Assembly (NCBI GenBank): GCA_027604505.1
Contig: JADIIX010000049.1
Coordinates: forward strand, 1-64,000
Source of the DNA: Gonapodya sp. JEL0774
Taxonomy: Eukaryota
Direction: 5' to 3'
DNA: 64,000 nucleotides
Positions within the stretch are counted from its first letter, which is position 1, and each line of letters starts with the position of its first letter. The notes beneath the pieces were generated by a model that saw nothing but the letters and a program-made list of their open reading frames with translations, made no database searches and was not told the DNA's origin. A program made the position numbers and the translations under genes. Below are positions 13,165 to 24,441 of this stretch, in pieces.

Positions 13165-14412
13165 TCACAAAAAGTCTCTCTTTTTCGCGGTTCGGTGGTA
13201 TGGCATGAGCTTCCATTCCGTATCCGCATCCGTGAGCTCGACAGTGCCTATTCGGATCTCGTACACTTTGGAATCGAACGAAGAGAAGAACTCTCTCGTC
13301 AGTCATTGAGACTGGACGACAACTGGATTGTGAACTCACATTTCATCTCGAAGCGAGGACCGACTTCGGCCAACTTGACGTCATTGCCAGCTTTGTGGAA
13401 GACGTGATGTCTGGTGGCACCAAGAGTGTGTTTGAGATAAAAGAGGGAAGGCGCATCACGTTCAGACTGAAATTGACGACATACCTGAACGACACAAAGT
13501 CACTCTTGTTCGCGAAGGTAAGAACCCTCTTGCTATCGTCCTTGGGCACGGGGAACAGGTACTTGAGAATGCTCTCAACCCTCTTTCCAAGTTTGGAGGA
13601 AAAATTATCGAAAATCAGGTGTGGGTACTGTTCAGAAACGGTTCCGGGATCGGGAACGTCGTGTCTCAGCACCACGTCGTGCAACGTGAAGTATGCCGTC
13701 GGGCCATAAGGGAAGTGGGAGACAATAAGTCCGTCGGGCTTCCCCCTGTGCTCATGTACGACAATCAAGTCCGTCACATCATTGTTGCGACATGCGTCCG
13801 CCAGTTCCTTCATAACATAACCACCACGATTGATGCGCTGCGAATTAGGAAACACGAGGCGGAGCTCCTTTGCGAACTGCTGCAGCCGCGAAGATGGGTC
13901 ACGGGAGGTGGTGATGAGAACTTTGGGATCTCGCATTCCAGCGCGGGCGTATTCGTCGTCGATGTGGGATGTTGGTTCTGTGTTCATGAAAGATTGAGTT
14001 GCCGTTGGTTCCAATCCGACCACCATAGACCACGCCAGGGGGATTAAGGATTACACAGACATATGGAAATCTCGTGCAAAGCCAAGTTGTGTGAGTTGAA
14101 ACGTACCATCCATGTCCTCGTCGAACATCATGTCCTTTTGCAACTGTGCTCCCCCCTCCTTCAAGTCTGCCGGTAGACGCTTCCCATCTGAGCGTAAATT
14201 CGTTGACATGCACGTAAGAAATAATAAAATACATCCGGTACGACGAGAGGAAAGTGTCAGAGTGAGCCGATTGGTGATTGTGCAAAATGAATACCCTCAC
14301 CACTGATGGCTTCCCGCAATCGCCGTTTCCGGTCAAAAATGGCTTTCTCTTTATCTTCCAGTGCCTTCCTGTATAGATACTCTCGTCGTAACCGCGTTTG
14401 TCGGCGAATCAT
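13165..14412 (-). CDS. IMP4: U3 snoRNP protein Imp4 (Brix domain)
   Basis: [57 protein letters not shown] and [10 protein letters not shown]. Confidence 0.97.
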
Positions 14413-14467
14413 TGCTTTATGTGTGCTTGATCGGGGTGTGAGATATGGAATGAGAAAGCTCGCCGTT

Positions 14468-14477
14468 CTGTGGTCAC
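14468..14477. promoter_or_regulatory. CTGTGGTCAC motif in the IMP4 / CEP83-like divergent promoter
   Basis: Exact copy of the shared 10-mer in a ~127-bp head-to-head spacer. Confidence 0.6.
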
Positions 14478-14539
14478 AGGCATGGTCCACTCAACGAGCT
14501 CACGTCGATTGTTCATACCGCAATCCATCACCCCCGTCC

Positions 14540-17273
14540 ATGCAGTCCGACACCGCTCATCCCTCTAATCCGCCTTTACTTTCGCAAAACGTTGCAAACC
14601 CCGCGTCGGCACCGGCAATGGCGCCAGCGCAGGAGGATGAGGATCCTCTCCGCTTGGCGCTTGCACTTATCGAAAGTCTCCGGGCCGAAAACGAACTGTA
14701 CCAGATCAATTTCAATAAGGTGTGCCGCGGTGGACTTCTTCTGCTGTCTGCTCAGGACAAGTTCCATTGGGCGGAGTGTTGACCGCGCGTCTCGTACTTC
14801 TTCGTTTCCAGCTTCGGACGGCCCATGAAGAGCTTCAGGATGCCTTTGCATCACTGTCACAGGAAAAAGAGGATGCGATTGTGGAAAAGGTGGTTTAGAT
14901 GACGCTGCAGAAGTAGAGAAAACATTGCACTGAACAACGACCCTTGACTTCAATCACATGCTGTCAGAGGAACATGGAAGACGCCAAATGCGAGCAGGAT
15001 ATTCAAAATAGAATCAAACTGGACGAAAAGACGAGGGAGATTGAAGACTTAAAGGCTGCTTTGAATGATGGACGGAGGTGAGCTTTCACGTCTTCGTGAG
15101 AGATTGCTTGACAATCAGAGACAATCATGCCCTCGCTCCGCAGAGATGAGGAGGTCCTCCGACAACGGTTCTCACGTGAGTGGGAGGACACTCACAAACG
15201 ACGAACGAAAGTATTGGAGGGCGAAGTTGAGAGCTATCGTTCCTCGCTAAATGCACTGCGGAAGGAACACGAGATGCTCAAAGTCGAGCTCGAGCAGCAG
15301 GTATTTTCTAGAGTTGTTTCAGTTCACCACATGACAGCTACACTGGCCAGAGCTCTTTAGCAATCCGAATATGCAATGAATCTTGAGCATATTAGAACAC
15401 GCCAAGACCAAGAGACCCGGGAGTTCGAATCCAAGATCATGTCGTTGCAAGAAAATTTGAGTGAGATGAGCCAATTGGCACTGCTGGAGAGCGAATAGTG
15501 ATTGACATTACTCGTTACAGTGGCAATATCGGATACTGAGCGGTTGCGGGTGTATCAGCGTGAAAACAATGAACTGCAGATTCGCTATAGGAACCTATTA
15601 TCGGAAAATGAAGAGTTGAGGCAAGTTTCGTCCCTGTGTTCGTCAGGACAAATATCCAACTGCTCTTTCCAGAGCTCTAAAGGAAGCGGCGGTACTTGAA
15701 TGTACTTCTGTCGATCGTCTCAACAACCGACGGCTTGCTGAGGAACAGGCCAACTCAAGACATTTGGATCAGGAAGTTCAAGAATTGAAGGGTCGGATCA
15801 AGCTGCTCGAAGCGGAATACGAGGCCACGGCAAAGGCTCTCGAACTCTGCAAAGAGGAAAGAGATAGAGTAACAAAGGAGGTGGAAGGCCTAAAATTGAA
15901 GAGTGAAGAAGCGTCGCATCGTTTTGCGTGAGTCCTGTGAACTGCCAATGTAAACAGCCTTGACATCTATTCAACCATGCCATTCACCTCAACGTACCGT
16001 CATCCATATGTCTCTCGGACCAGCGTGGAGATTGAGGACATAAAACTGACAGCTCTGAAGGAACGACAGCAGGTGGAGCAAGCTGCCGCCGGTGTTAGGC
16101 AGCGATTGCGGGAAATGGAAAGGTGGCTCTCAACGTCAACGATTTGGGTCAAAAATGCTTCTAACTGACCTTCGCGCTCAGCTCTGCCAAAACGTCAGAG
16201 AACCGTCTCGTAGATCTTCGACTTCAGCTGAGTACCTCTGAACGAGAACATCTGGAGAGACTAAAAGCAGTTGTTCAAGAGGAGCGTGCGAAACGTGATG
16301 TAGTGGAAGAGGACAAGCAGACGGTGATTGGACATGTTGGAAGCGCTCCTCGTGACAGGAACCTGACTGTGCTCTGTTTAATAGGCAGAAAAGAAAATCG
16401 CCGCTCTGGAGAGAGCATCGGCTGAAATGGAGGCGAGGGATGCGCTTTTGATTAAGGAGCAGCGAGAAGTGAGTTGAGGGCTTGTATCTCTGAGTTTGAC
16501 TTTATCGCGTCTGGAGCTAATCGCACATCGCAGGAACTTTCTCGATTGCGATCATCGCTCTCGAAAACCTCCGAGCAACTCGCAGCTCTCGAGCTGCAGG
16601 CGCGAGATCTGCGAAGTGCGAACAACCGACTCGAAGGATCCGCGAAAGAGTCGAGGCAAACTGACGAAGAGAGGAGAGCTCGAATTGTTGAGCTGGAAGA
16701 AGAATTGGATTCGGAGAGAAAAGCAGAAGAGGCTCTACGGTGGGTTCATGTTGAGTTACAATTGCCGTTCCATCTGTGACAACATGTGCGTTCGATACTC
16801 ATAGGAACAAGATCGCCGCTCTGGAGTCTACAATTCAATCATTCCAAAACGAAAGTCTCGTTAGTGCACAGGAGGACAATAAGTTGCAACTCGGCTGGGC
16901 ACATGAGCGGGCTCATATGCAGAGACAGCTTTCCGTGCTTCGAACAGACAATGAATCACTGGCTGACAAGATGTCGGAGGTTGTGGCCACGTTTGACAAG
17001 GTAAGCGGTCACATACCACAATCATCCACGGATTTTATTGACTCCCCTTGTATACGCTCGCGACAGCATCACGCACTGTTCAAGACCAAGTATGCCGAAT
17101 TAAAGAAACGCTTGAAGTCTGTCTCGACCCAGTGCGAAAGCCTGCGGATTGAACGAGACGGCCTAGCACGGGAACTAGCGGCACAGGCAACCCGAGCTCG
17201 GGAGCGGGAGATGGAGCAAGAGCGGAATCGGACGAAGTTCCTCTCGATGCTTCAGGAGCAAGTCGCCGTCTGA
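14540..17273 (+). CDS. CEP83: Long coiled-coil protein, CEP83/CCDC41-like centriole distal appendage protein
   Basis: Many short exons of heptad-rich sequence. LEGEVESYRSSLNALRKEHEMLKVELEQQ resembles the conserved CEP83 segment as recalled (LDEEVEKYR..YNKLRYEH.FLKSEFEHQ). Confidence 0.65.
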
Positions 17274-17364
17274 AACAAAAGTTTTGTGAGATCCCCAAAT
17301 TTTGCACAGTTGTATATACATTTCATTCGTATCATATTTACATTAATGACCTTATGATGTAACG

Positions 17365-19138
17365 TTATGGAGATGTGGATCGCGCAACCGGAAGATATGA
17401 GTCGAAGAGGTCTTCCTCGTCAGACTCGTAGGCGATGCCGTACGGGTTAACTCGCTCTCTTTTCATGATGTCGACTTCTTCTTGATCCTCGGTAGAGCGG
17501 AGAGCTTTGCGGCGAGCCACTTCGTCGACAGGAATCTGCGAAGGAGTGTGAAACTATCAGAGAGCGAGTCGGATTCAACAAATTGATCGTGAAAAACTGA
17601 CCCAGTCGAACTCATCTTCCTGCTCTTGGTACTCCTTGTTCTCACTAATCTCCGTAAAATCTGAAACGTTTGCAGTATCAAGAACTGATCCAAAACTGTA
17701 GAATGATTATCCCACGAAGTTGATTACTTACCTGGTCTAAATGCGCTCCAATTCTCCGGGGTGTTGGGTTCCCATATCAAAATCTTGTCTTGTTTGGCAA
17801 CAGACGCAATGATGGGCCTATAGGGATGCAACTTAACACACGTGAAAATGATGAGTGCCCTTCGAAATCAGCACCTCACCGCGACCGACACGACTTACAT
17901 CAAAATCGACCAGCCCGCCCGCCGCGTAATTTCCATCGAGCTTGCTCACCAACGTCACGACCTCTCCGTCCGGGTCCGGCACGCGATACCATATGAAAAT
18001 CTGGTGTTTTGCAGCGTTCCCACCGATAACGTAGTCACCATCATTGGTAATTCGACAACCGGCCCACTGCCCGCGGTCGATGTCGTCTCGGAATCGGATC
18101 TCTTCGTCCCAATCGGGAGTGCCTGATTCGAGGATCGGGAAAACTCGAATGATTTTGTCGGAGGTGTTGGTGCAAAGGTCACTGAATGGATGTGTTTCGT
18201 ATGAGGCGTTATCGCAGTGGTTGATTTAGCCATTTGTTGGTGATGCCATATGGCCTCCTCCACCACACCAACTTACGTTCCCCGTCGGTTGTAGCAGATG
18301 CTCCTAACTTGAACATTTCCCGCTGGTCTTTGAGTGTCGAGAATCTGAGATTTCGTGACCGAGCATTAGTGTAAGAAGACGAAGACGTTGTTGGAGTAAC
18401 AATGAGTCGTACCTTCCAGGACGGAAACTCCATCACCGTCACCGTTCCTTTGGAGCTTCCCAGTGCAACGTGCTCTCCTCGGTGATCGAATGCTGCCACA
18501 TACACAATATCAAACGTGGTGGTGGAAGTCTCGTCTGCTGCTCCAAGGTCGACTGGGGTGGTGCTGGCAGTCATTCGATCAGAATGGGGCTCCCGTTTCA
18601 GTGTGACGTACACAGGAGCCTCGCCAATAGGACAGGCAATGAAAGAGGAGCTAGAATCGATTTTCCAGCGTATGGAATGAATACTTGCCTCTATGTGAGT
18701 AGTCGCCGTACTCACTTGTCTCGGGGATACATCACAGCCATGTTCACGACAGATTGAAAACGGATTGTGCACAGATTGACGCCCTCAACCAAGTCCCAAT
18801 AGATGCAATTCCAATCGGCAGATGCAGTGAGAACATGGAACCCATCGCGAGACCAGCTGTTCGATGGAGGAGATTGATCTTTGGACGAAGAGTTGTCCAA
18901 AAGATCGCAGAAAAAAGACTCACCAGACTGAAGTTATCCGCGCGACATGTCCCACAAGTGTTCGCCTGCAGGTTCTCGTCTCGAGATCCCATATTTCCAG
19001 TTTGCCGTCATCTGATCCAACCGCAAGGTAATTCCCTCTCCGATTGAAAGCGCACTTTGCAGCGTTCAGGGAGGGCAGAGCATGAGTTAGGATTTCTGGG
19101 ATTGCAGCCTCAAACGGGTTGAGAAGCGGTATATTCAT
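17365..19138 (-). CDS. SWD1: COMPASS WD40 subunit Swd1 / RBBP5
   Basis: MNIPLLNPF..., FNRRGNYLAVG..DGKLEIWDLET, WSRDGFHVLTASADW and the C-terminal W.AF.P.F..L..N..Y.E.E.EFD region. Confidence 0.93.
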
Positions 19139-19178
19139 TACAGGCGAATACTGAAGGATGAGTTCGGCATTTCAACGA

Positions 19179-19188
19179 CTGTGGTCAC
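19179..19188. promoter_or_regulatory. CTGTGGTCAC motif in the SWD1 / bL28m divergent promoter
   Basis: Exact copy of the shared 10-mer in a ~122-bp head-to-head spacer. Confidence 0.6.
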
Positions 19189-19260
19189 CCTCCATTGGAA
19201 CATTCACCACATTGAACGGACACGACTTCCTAACTGGCATAACTGGCATATCGTTCTCTT

Positions 19261-19824
19261 ATGACTTCGCGCGCCAGAGCAGAGTCGCTTGAGTTTCTCA
19301 GGCATCAGGTTCGTCGACTTGTGACCCTTTGTCCCCTGTGAGATCATCTTATTGGTCCTGTCCTCCTCACCCGGTGTCTGTTTCGACTTCTGCACTCTCC
19401 CGCTTCTCAGCTTGGCCACTGGCCTGAACTCTTCAATGGTCACAAAAAGCATATTCCCAATCTTTTTCACGGTGCGAGGACCAGCTCGGGCTCTAAATAT
19501 TCAGAGATGGGCAACCGGAGCAAACGAACCTTCCGTCCCAACATCCACGTGAAACCCCTGTACTCGGAGCTCTTAGAAACCTCCATGACTTTTAGAGTCT
19601 CGGCACGTGCTCTTCGAACGATTGACAAGAAGGGTGGTTTGGACGTTTACCTTCTCACCACCCCCGATAAGCTTATCATGGACCCTCTGGCTCTGGAAGT
19701 AAAGCAGAGGGTAGTGGAACGATACATGAATGTTCAGCGACTTTCAAGTCGGAGTTCTGAGAATGTCACATTCCCTAGTATTAGTCAAGAGCAGTCTGTA
19801 GAACGTGTTGCGATGTCCTCATGA
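19261..19824 (+). CDS. Mitochondrial ribosomal protein bL28m (L28 family)
   Basis: GSKYSEMGNRSKRTFRPNIHVKPLYSELL...RVSARALRTIDKKGGLDVYLL is the L28 signature. One 5' intron probable. Confidence 0.88.
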
Positions 19825-20222
19825 CTTTTGCGAAAGCTCTCCCCACTCCTGTACAATAGACACTGTCAACTCTTGCTTTATCTAACGTGCTCCGTGTATG
19901 TGGAGGTCATCGGGCCCGAAGATTCGAACTGCCACATACGCATTACTAAGGGAAAGGGTCTCTGTCCCTTCTCTCTTCCTCTCCTTGTCTGATGGCGGTG
20001 TGTCGCACCATTGAAATTTTCGCTCGACTTGGGTTCGTGGGTTCGTGGTTGTTTGTAAGGTGGACCAGGCAGAGCACGAGCCAGAGGAGCAACCCACTCT
20101 TCGCATCTGGCACTTTTAATTCCAAAACAGCGTGATGGGCGATTTTGTGGAACGGAATCAAGGACTCAATCACGAGGTTTGATCAACTCGCTACAGACCG
20201 TGACGACAAGGTTTAAATCATC

Positions 20223-20930
20223 ATGCTTTCCCAGGCGGACCACGATGATATGGACTATGACAATGATGATGCAGACCATGACGACGAAGTGATGGACAAG
20301 GAGAACGTACCCCCTCCTTCATATCAATGGTCGAAGGCCGTACACTCTGTGAGTGCGCCCGTGTGGGCGCCAACATTTGAATCGTCGGTACTCACGTTCT
20401 CCATGCAGGTTGGTTCTCGAAAGCCCCTCGGCACCATCCGGCTGTCCGACCGACCAACATTTCTGGAGCTGTGTATGTCTGCGGCTTTAGAAGAAACCAA
20501 ACTTGCGGAAGAGTTCCCGAAGCCGTTGGATGAAGCACCCGCGATTGTGAGTGCTTGCATCATCAAAGCTCCCTTCTCTCCAAAAAATTGAGCACTGTTC
20601 GCCAGGTCTCCGCGAACGTGAAACCTGCACCCACCAAAAAACGGAAAAGTGGAGAGATGGAACCGTCCAAAGAGAAGGAGAAGAGCGGTGACAACGGTGG
20701 ACCACAGAAACGCTCCAAAGCTGCCCCAGACCCCTCCAAACCGGTTTCCAAACCTGCTGCTCACCCTAAACCGAAGCCTTCCGCCATAAACAAGCCCGGC
20801 ACTTCTTACCTGCACATGGTGAAATCTGTTTTGAGTGCTGTGAGTATGAAATGAATTTGCACGTTCGTCAGGAAAACGTTCACCTCCAGTCGCATTTTAG
20901 TCCACCCACCCGCCTACTGTCGACCAATTA
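20223..20930 (+). CDS. Small disordered protein with KEN box and D-box-like motif; 3' end uncertain
   Basis: MDKENVPP, RKPLGTI and an NLS-like PTKKRK. GT-AG introns at ~20349-20408 and ~20547-20605 join the two ORFs in frame. Confidence 0.55.
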
Positions 20931-21217
20931 ATATCTCGTGTTCAGGGGACATTCAAGGTACTTGCTCGCGTGAAGTTTGCATCGATACTCCGTGCCTCAC
21001 CCTCCCCGATCGTCCCGTCAGCTTCCCTCGAGCTCACGCCCAGAGCCTGCAATACGTGCAACCATTGCTAGGGGAATTCGAAGTGGGGATATTCTTTGTG
21101 CGAAACCAGGTCTTCTAAGTCTGCCTTGAATCGTTTGAGCCCATGCATGCAGCTGTATCATTGAGACCACCACATTTTGTATTTTGTCATGTGATATCGA
21201 AAATCATTGAACCACAT

Positions 21218-22265
21218 TTATTTTGCACCTGTCGACCACCTCGCAAGCTGTTCAGCGATGTCAACATTGGGCAACTGGGGTGCGGGCTGTCCACCAGCTG
21301 CCGTGCGCGAACCACCACCACCAAACATGCGCGCTTGGGCTTCCCGCGAAGCTGCGAGTTCTTCGGGAGGAATACCCTCCATCATCTGTGGGTCAACAAG
21401 AGAACTTAGAACTGCGCGCACCGCAAAAGAGTGTTAAGAGTGAACTACGCACTTTTGGCAAGAGGTATACCATCCCAATACTGGCGACGGCCATGAGCAT
21501 CATTGGGTTTTGGAGCATCCCCATCCAGTTGAATCCTTCACGGACCTGTACATGAAGAGGTCCTTTGAAATCAATTTCAAAAAGGATAGCCATTACCAAC
21601 TCATACCCTCATACCTGGAAGTAATCAAACTGCCCCTTGGCGGTCAACTCTATGGGGTAGGGGACCATCCGCTTGGGCGAGGGGTCGTACTCTGTCGCGG
21701 GAAAGTACTGGCTCGCCCGAACGCTTCCTTCCACCGTGTCAACCTCGACCCAAAGCTTGTCAAAGGCGTGAGTAGTGGAGTCTACCTCCAAGATGTAGAT
21801 TCCCGAGGGCACATCACGGCTAGAGGCAGGTGGGAACAACTGGTTGCGGTTATTGGGGAGCTGTTCAAACTCGGTTTTAAACTCCTACATTACAAAGCTC
21901 CCATCCCTCCTGATGCCTCCTCTGTAGCGTCCGAAATCCAGCGTCACTTCCGCCTCGACTCCAATCACCCCAGCGACATCTGCATGTAAACGATTGTCAT
22001 TGAGACTTTTGGACCTGTCAAATAAGCATTAGAGCGCAACTCACCTCTAGTATCCGGAATAAAGAGTCTCCCCTTGACCTCCCTCGTATTAGGCGATGCC
22101 AATGCATCGATTCTAGAAGATGTGTGCGAGTGTTGATGGCGACATGATCGGAAAGCTAAGTGCGCTTGTAATTCGGGCTCTCGAACTGATAGAGTATACT
22201 CACGATTGGAGGAAAAGTGCAGAGACTAGGGCGAGAAGTACGAGTAAAAGGGAATTTCGAGGCAT
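21218..22265 (-). CDS. EMC7: ER membrane protein complex subunit 7
   Basis: Signal peptide MPRNSLLLVLLALVS, then DVPSGIYILEV, PYPIEL...YFQVREGFNWMGMLQNPMMLM and a TM segment followed by LPK. Confidence 0.9.
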
Positions 22266-22379
22266 CTATGAAAAGTGAAGAACCGAAAGTTTCTATCAGT
22301 TTAGTGCTTCCACTGATCCAATGCCTCATGGCACCACGCACGGCACATGCAGTAATAAACCGTTTTTATCAAACATAAC

Positions 22380-23717
22380 ATGGCCCATCGACGCCTCGTT
22401 TCCCTCCACACACTCTCTCCACTCAAGATATCATCAACGTGCACGGCCCTGGTTGTATCTCCTGTGTTCCAACCGTGCTCCTCTTATACCTACGGAACCC
22501 GTTCGACGTTTCTGCCCTGCTCAAGTCTGAAGTCTCCATGTTCCAGCCGAGGATTCCAATCTTCGACTCGCACTCTGCAATCCAATCGGAAAATCAAACG
22601 GTTCTGGAAGAAGGCGGATGTGATGGAACGAGAAGGTACGTATTACATTTGCACTCAAAATACATTTCAATTTGACATGGGCCCTAACCAATGCTCAAAA
22701 GATGGGATCATTGTCGTGCTCGATGGTCGTCCACTTAAGACCCCAACCGGAAAGCAAATGGTTCTACCAAAGGATCGTCGATTGCTCGCGACTCTGGTTG
22801 CCGGGGAATGGGAGAGCGTACAGCTGCTGAAGCAATATGCTCTGGTTGTGGTGTGTTGGGAATGGACTTGATTGTACGCAAACGTGATGAACGTGTTCTT
22901 GATGCATCTCTTGCCTCTCACGGGGACCAGACCTCCCTCGCAGCTCGAGCAATAGAGGACTTTGCCGACCCGGCCATCCGCGCAAAAGTCATTGACGACC
23001 TCTGCAAGTTTATTCACACCGACACTATCTGGTGAGCGTCTCTCGCACCGGTTCACCTCCGCTTTGCCGAATCAAACCACCCACCGAAGTTCTCCTCCAG
23101 CTACCGGCAGCCTTACCCTGACCCCCTCATCCGCCTACAACAACGCCACTGGGATCCACTCATTAAATGGCTCCAAGATGAATACAGGATCACTTTGCAT
23201 TCCACCGACGGGATCCTGAGCGTTCACCAGGAAGAGCAAGCGGTGCAAAAATTGAGGGACATTCTCACCGAGCTCGATCCATTCGAGCTGGCTGGTGAGA
23301 TTGCATTGAGTGCAGGATACAACCACCCCTCCCTGACATCTCCCGTACCTCGATACCCTCCCACACCACGCCCGCCCACATAGCATTTGAGCGCGCAACC
23401 CTGCACACCAAATCTTTTGTCACGGGTCTCGCGCTCGTGAAACGGGCCATCACGGCAGAGGAGGCCGCCGCTGCGGCGAGGGTTGAGGTGCAGTTTCAGA
23501 TCGACATGTGGGGGGAGGTGGAAGACGGTGAGTGTGATGGTGTTAGAGTGGGGGGATCGGTTTGAAGCGGTGACGTCGGTGTCGCATTTTTCGATGTAAT
23601 GGAAAGCTGACAATGTGGTTGTGTCACTTATGATCGATACCAGCTCACGATGTTGATGCGGCGGAAATGAAGCGGCATTTAGGTGCGGCTGTTGCGACCT
23701 TGATTCGGAATCCCTGA
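22380..23717 (+). CDS. ATP12: F1-ATPase assembly chaperone Atp12 / ATPAF2
   Basis: KRFWKKA, VVLDGRPLKTPTGK, LVAGEW, TSLAARAI, TKSFVTGLAL and EVQFQIDMWGEVEDAHDVD. Confidence 0.95.
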
Positions 23718-24441
23718 CTCGACATGGGGAAGAGTGGGGAGAGGGAAAGGAGGGGGGGGGGCGGGGGGAGCTGTAACGTTGCTAGGTGTTCTCGGTCTCT
23801 TAGTGGTATTATAGACAGGATATCATAGGCCGGTGAATGGCTTCGATTGCCGGGAAAGATGTCCGGCGATTGAAAAAGTACGACGAAGAAAAGGGGAGAA
23901 AAAGGGGGGGAGTGAACATTCCCTCGACTCTCCACAGCCAAATCATGAAATTGTGCTTCAGGTTCGTGGGGACCTTCTACGAGTTGAAATTGAAAAAGCT
24001 TGGGGAGGAGTCCTTCAGGAGTCTCATCATTCACGGACGGTGAATTGGCTGCACGTGAGGTGATGTGTGAGTTACACGTATGTACCATGCCAATTCTTTT
24101 TCGTTCCCATGTACAGTAAGAAGTAAGAACAGTGCCGATGTACTATGCCAGACTCAATTGATCTAGGCGGAGGACTTCCCACGGCCTGCATGGGTAAGCA
24201 AAACATTTGCAATGAGTTCCGCGTTCCCACCCCAAGGCGGGCGAACGCAATGCCACTCAGATACCACAAGTCGCCATTGTCGCGAGACATCATGAGTAAG
24301 CATATCGAATATCTCATAGGCCAGTCCGGCATCTTGACAGAGTCCAGGATTGCTGTGCCAGATGTCTTCATGAGCAATGGTGCTACCACTCGTGGTCAAG
24401 TAAGTAGAGTGACCCGAGTCATTCTACTTTGAAGCTCGAGA

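Noticed and set aside
17724..17736. acttacctgg, identical to the U1 snRNA 5' end
   Set aside because: It is the reverse complement of a SWD1 splice donor (cag|gtaagt), and no U1 body follows.
23830..24432. Short ORFs between ATP12 and the FAD oxidase
   Set aside because: No recognisable motifs or consistent splice structure.
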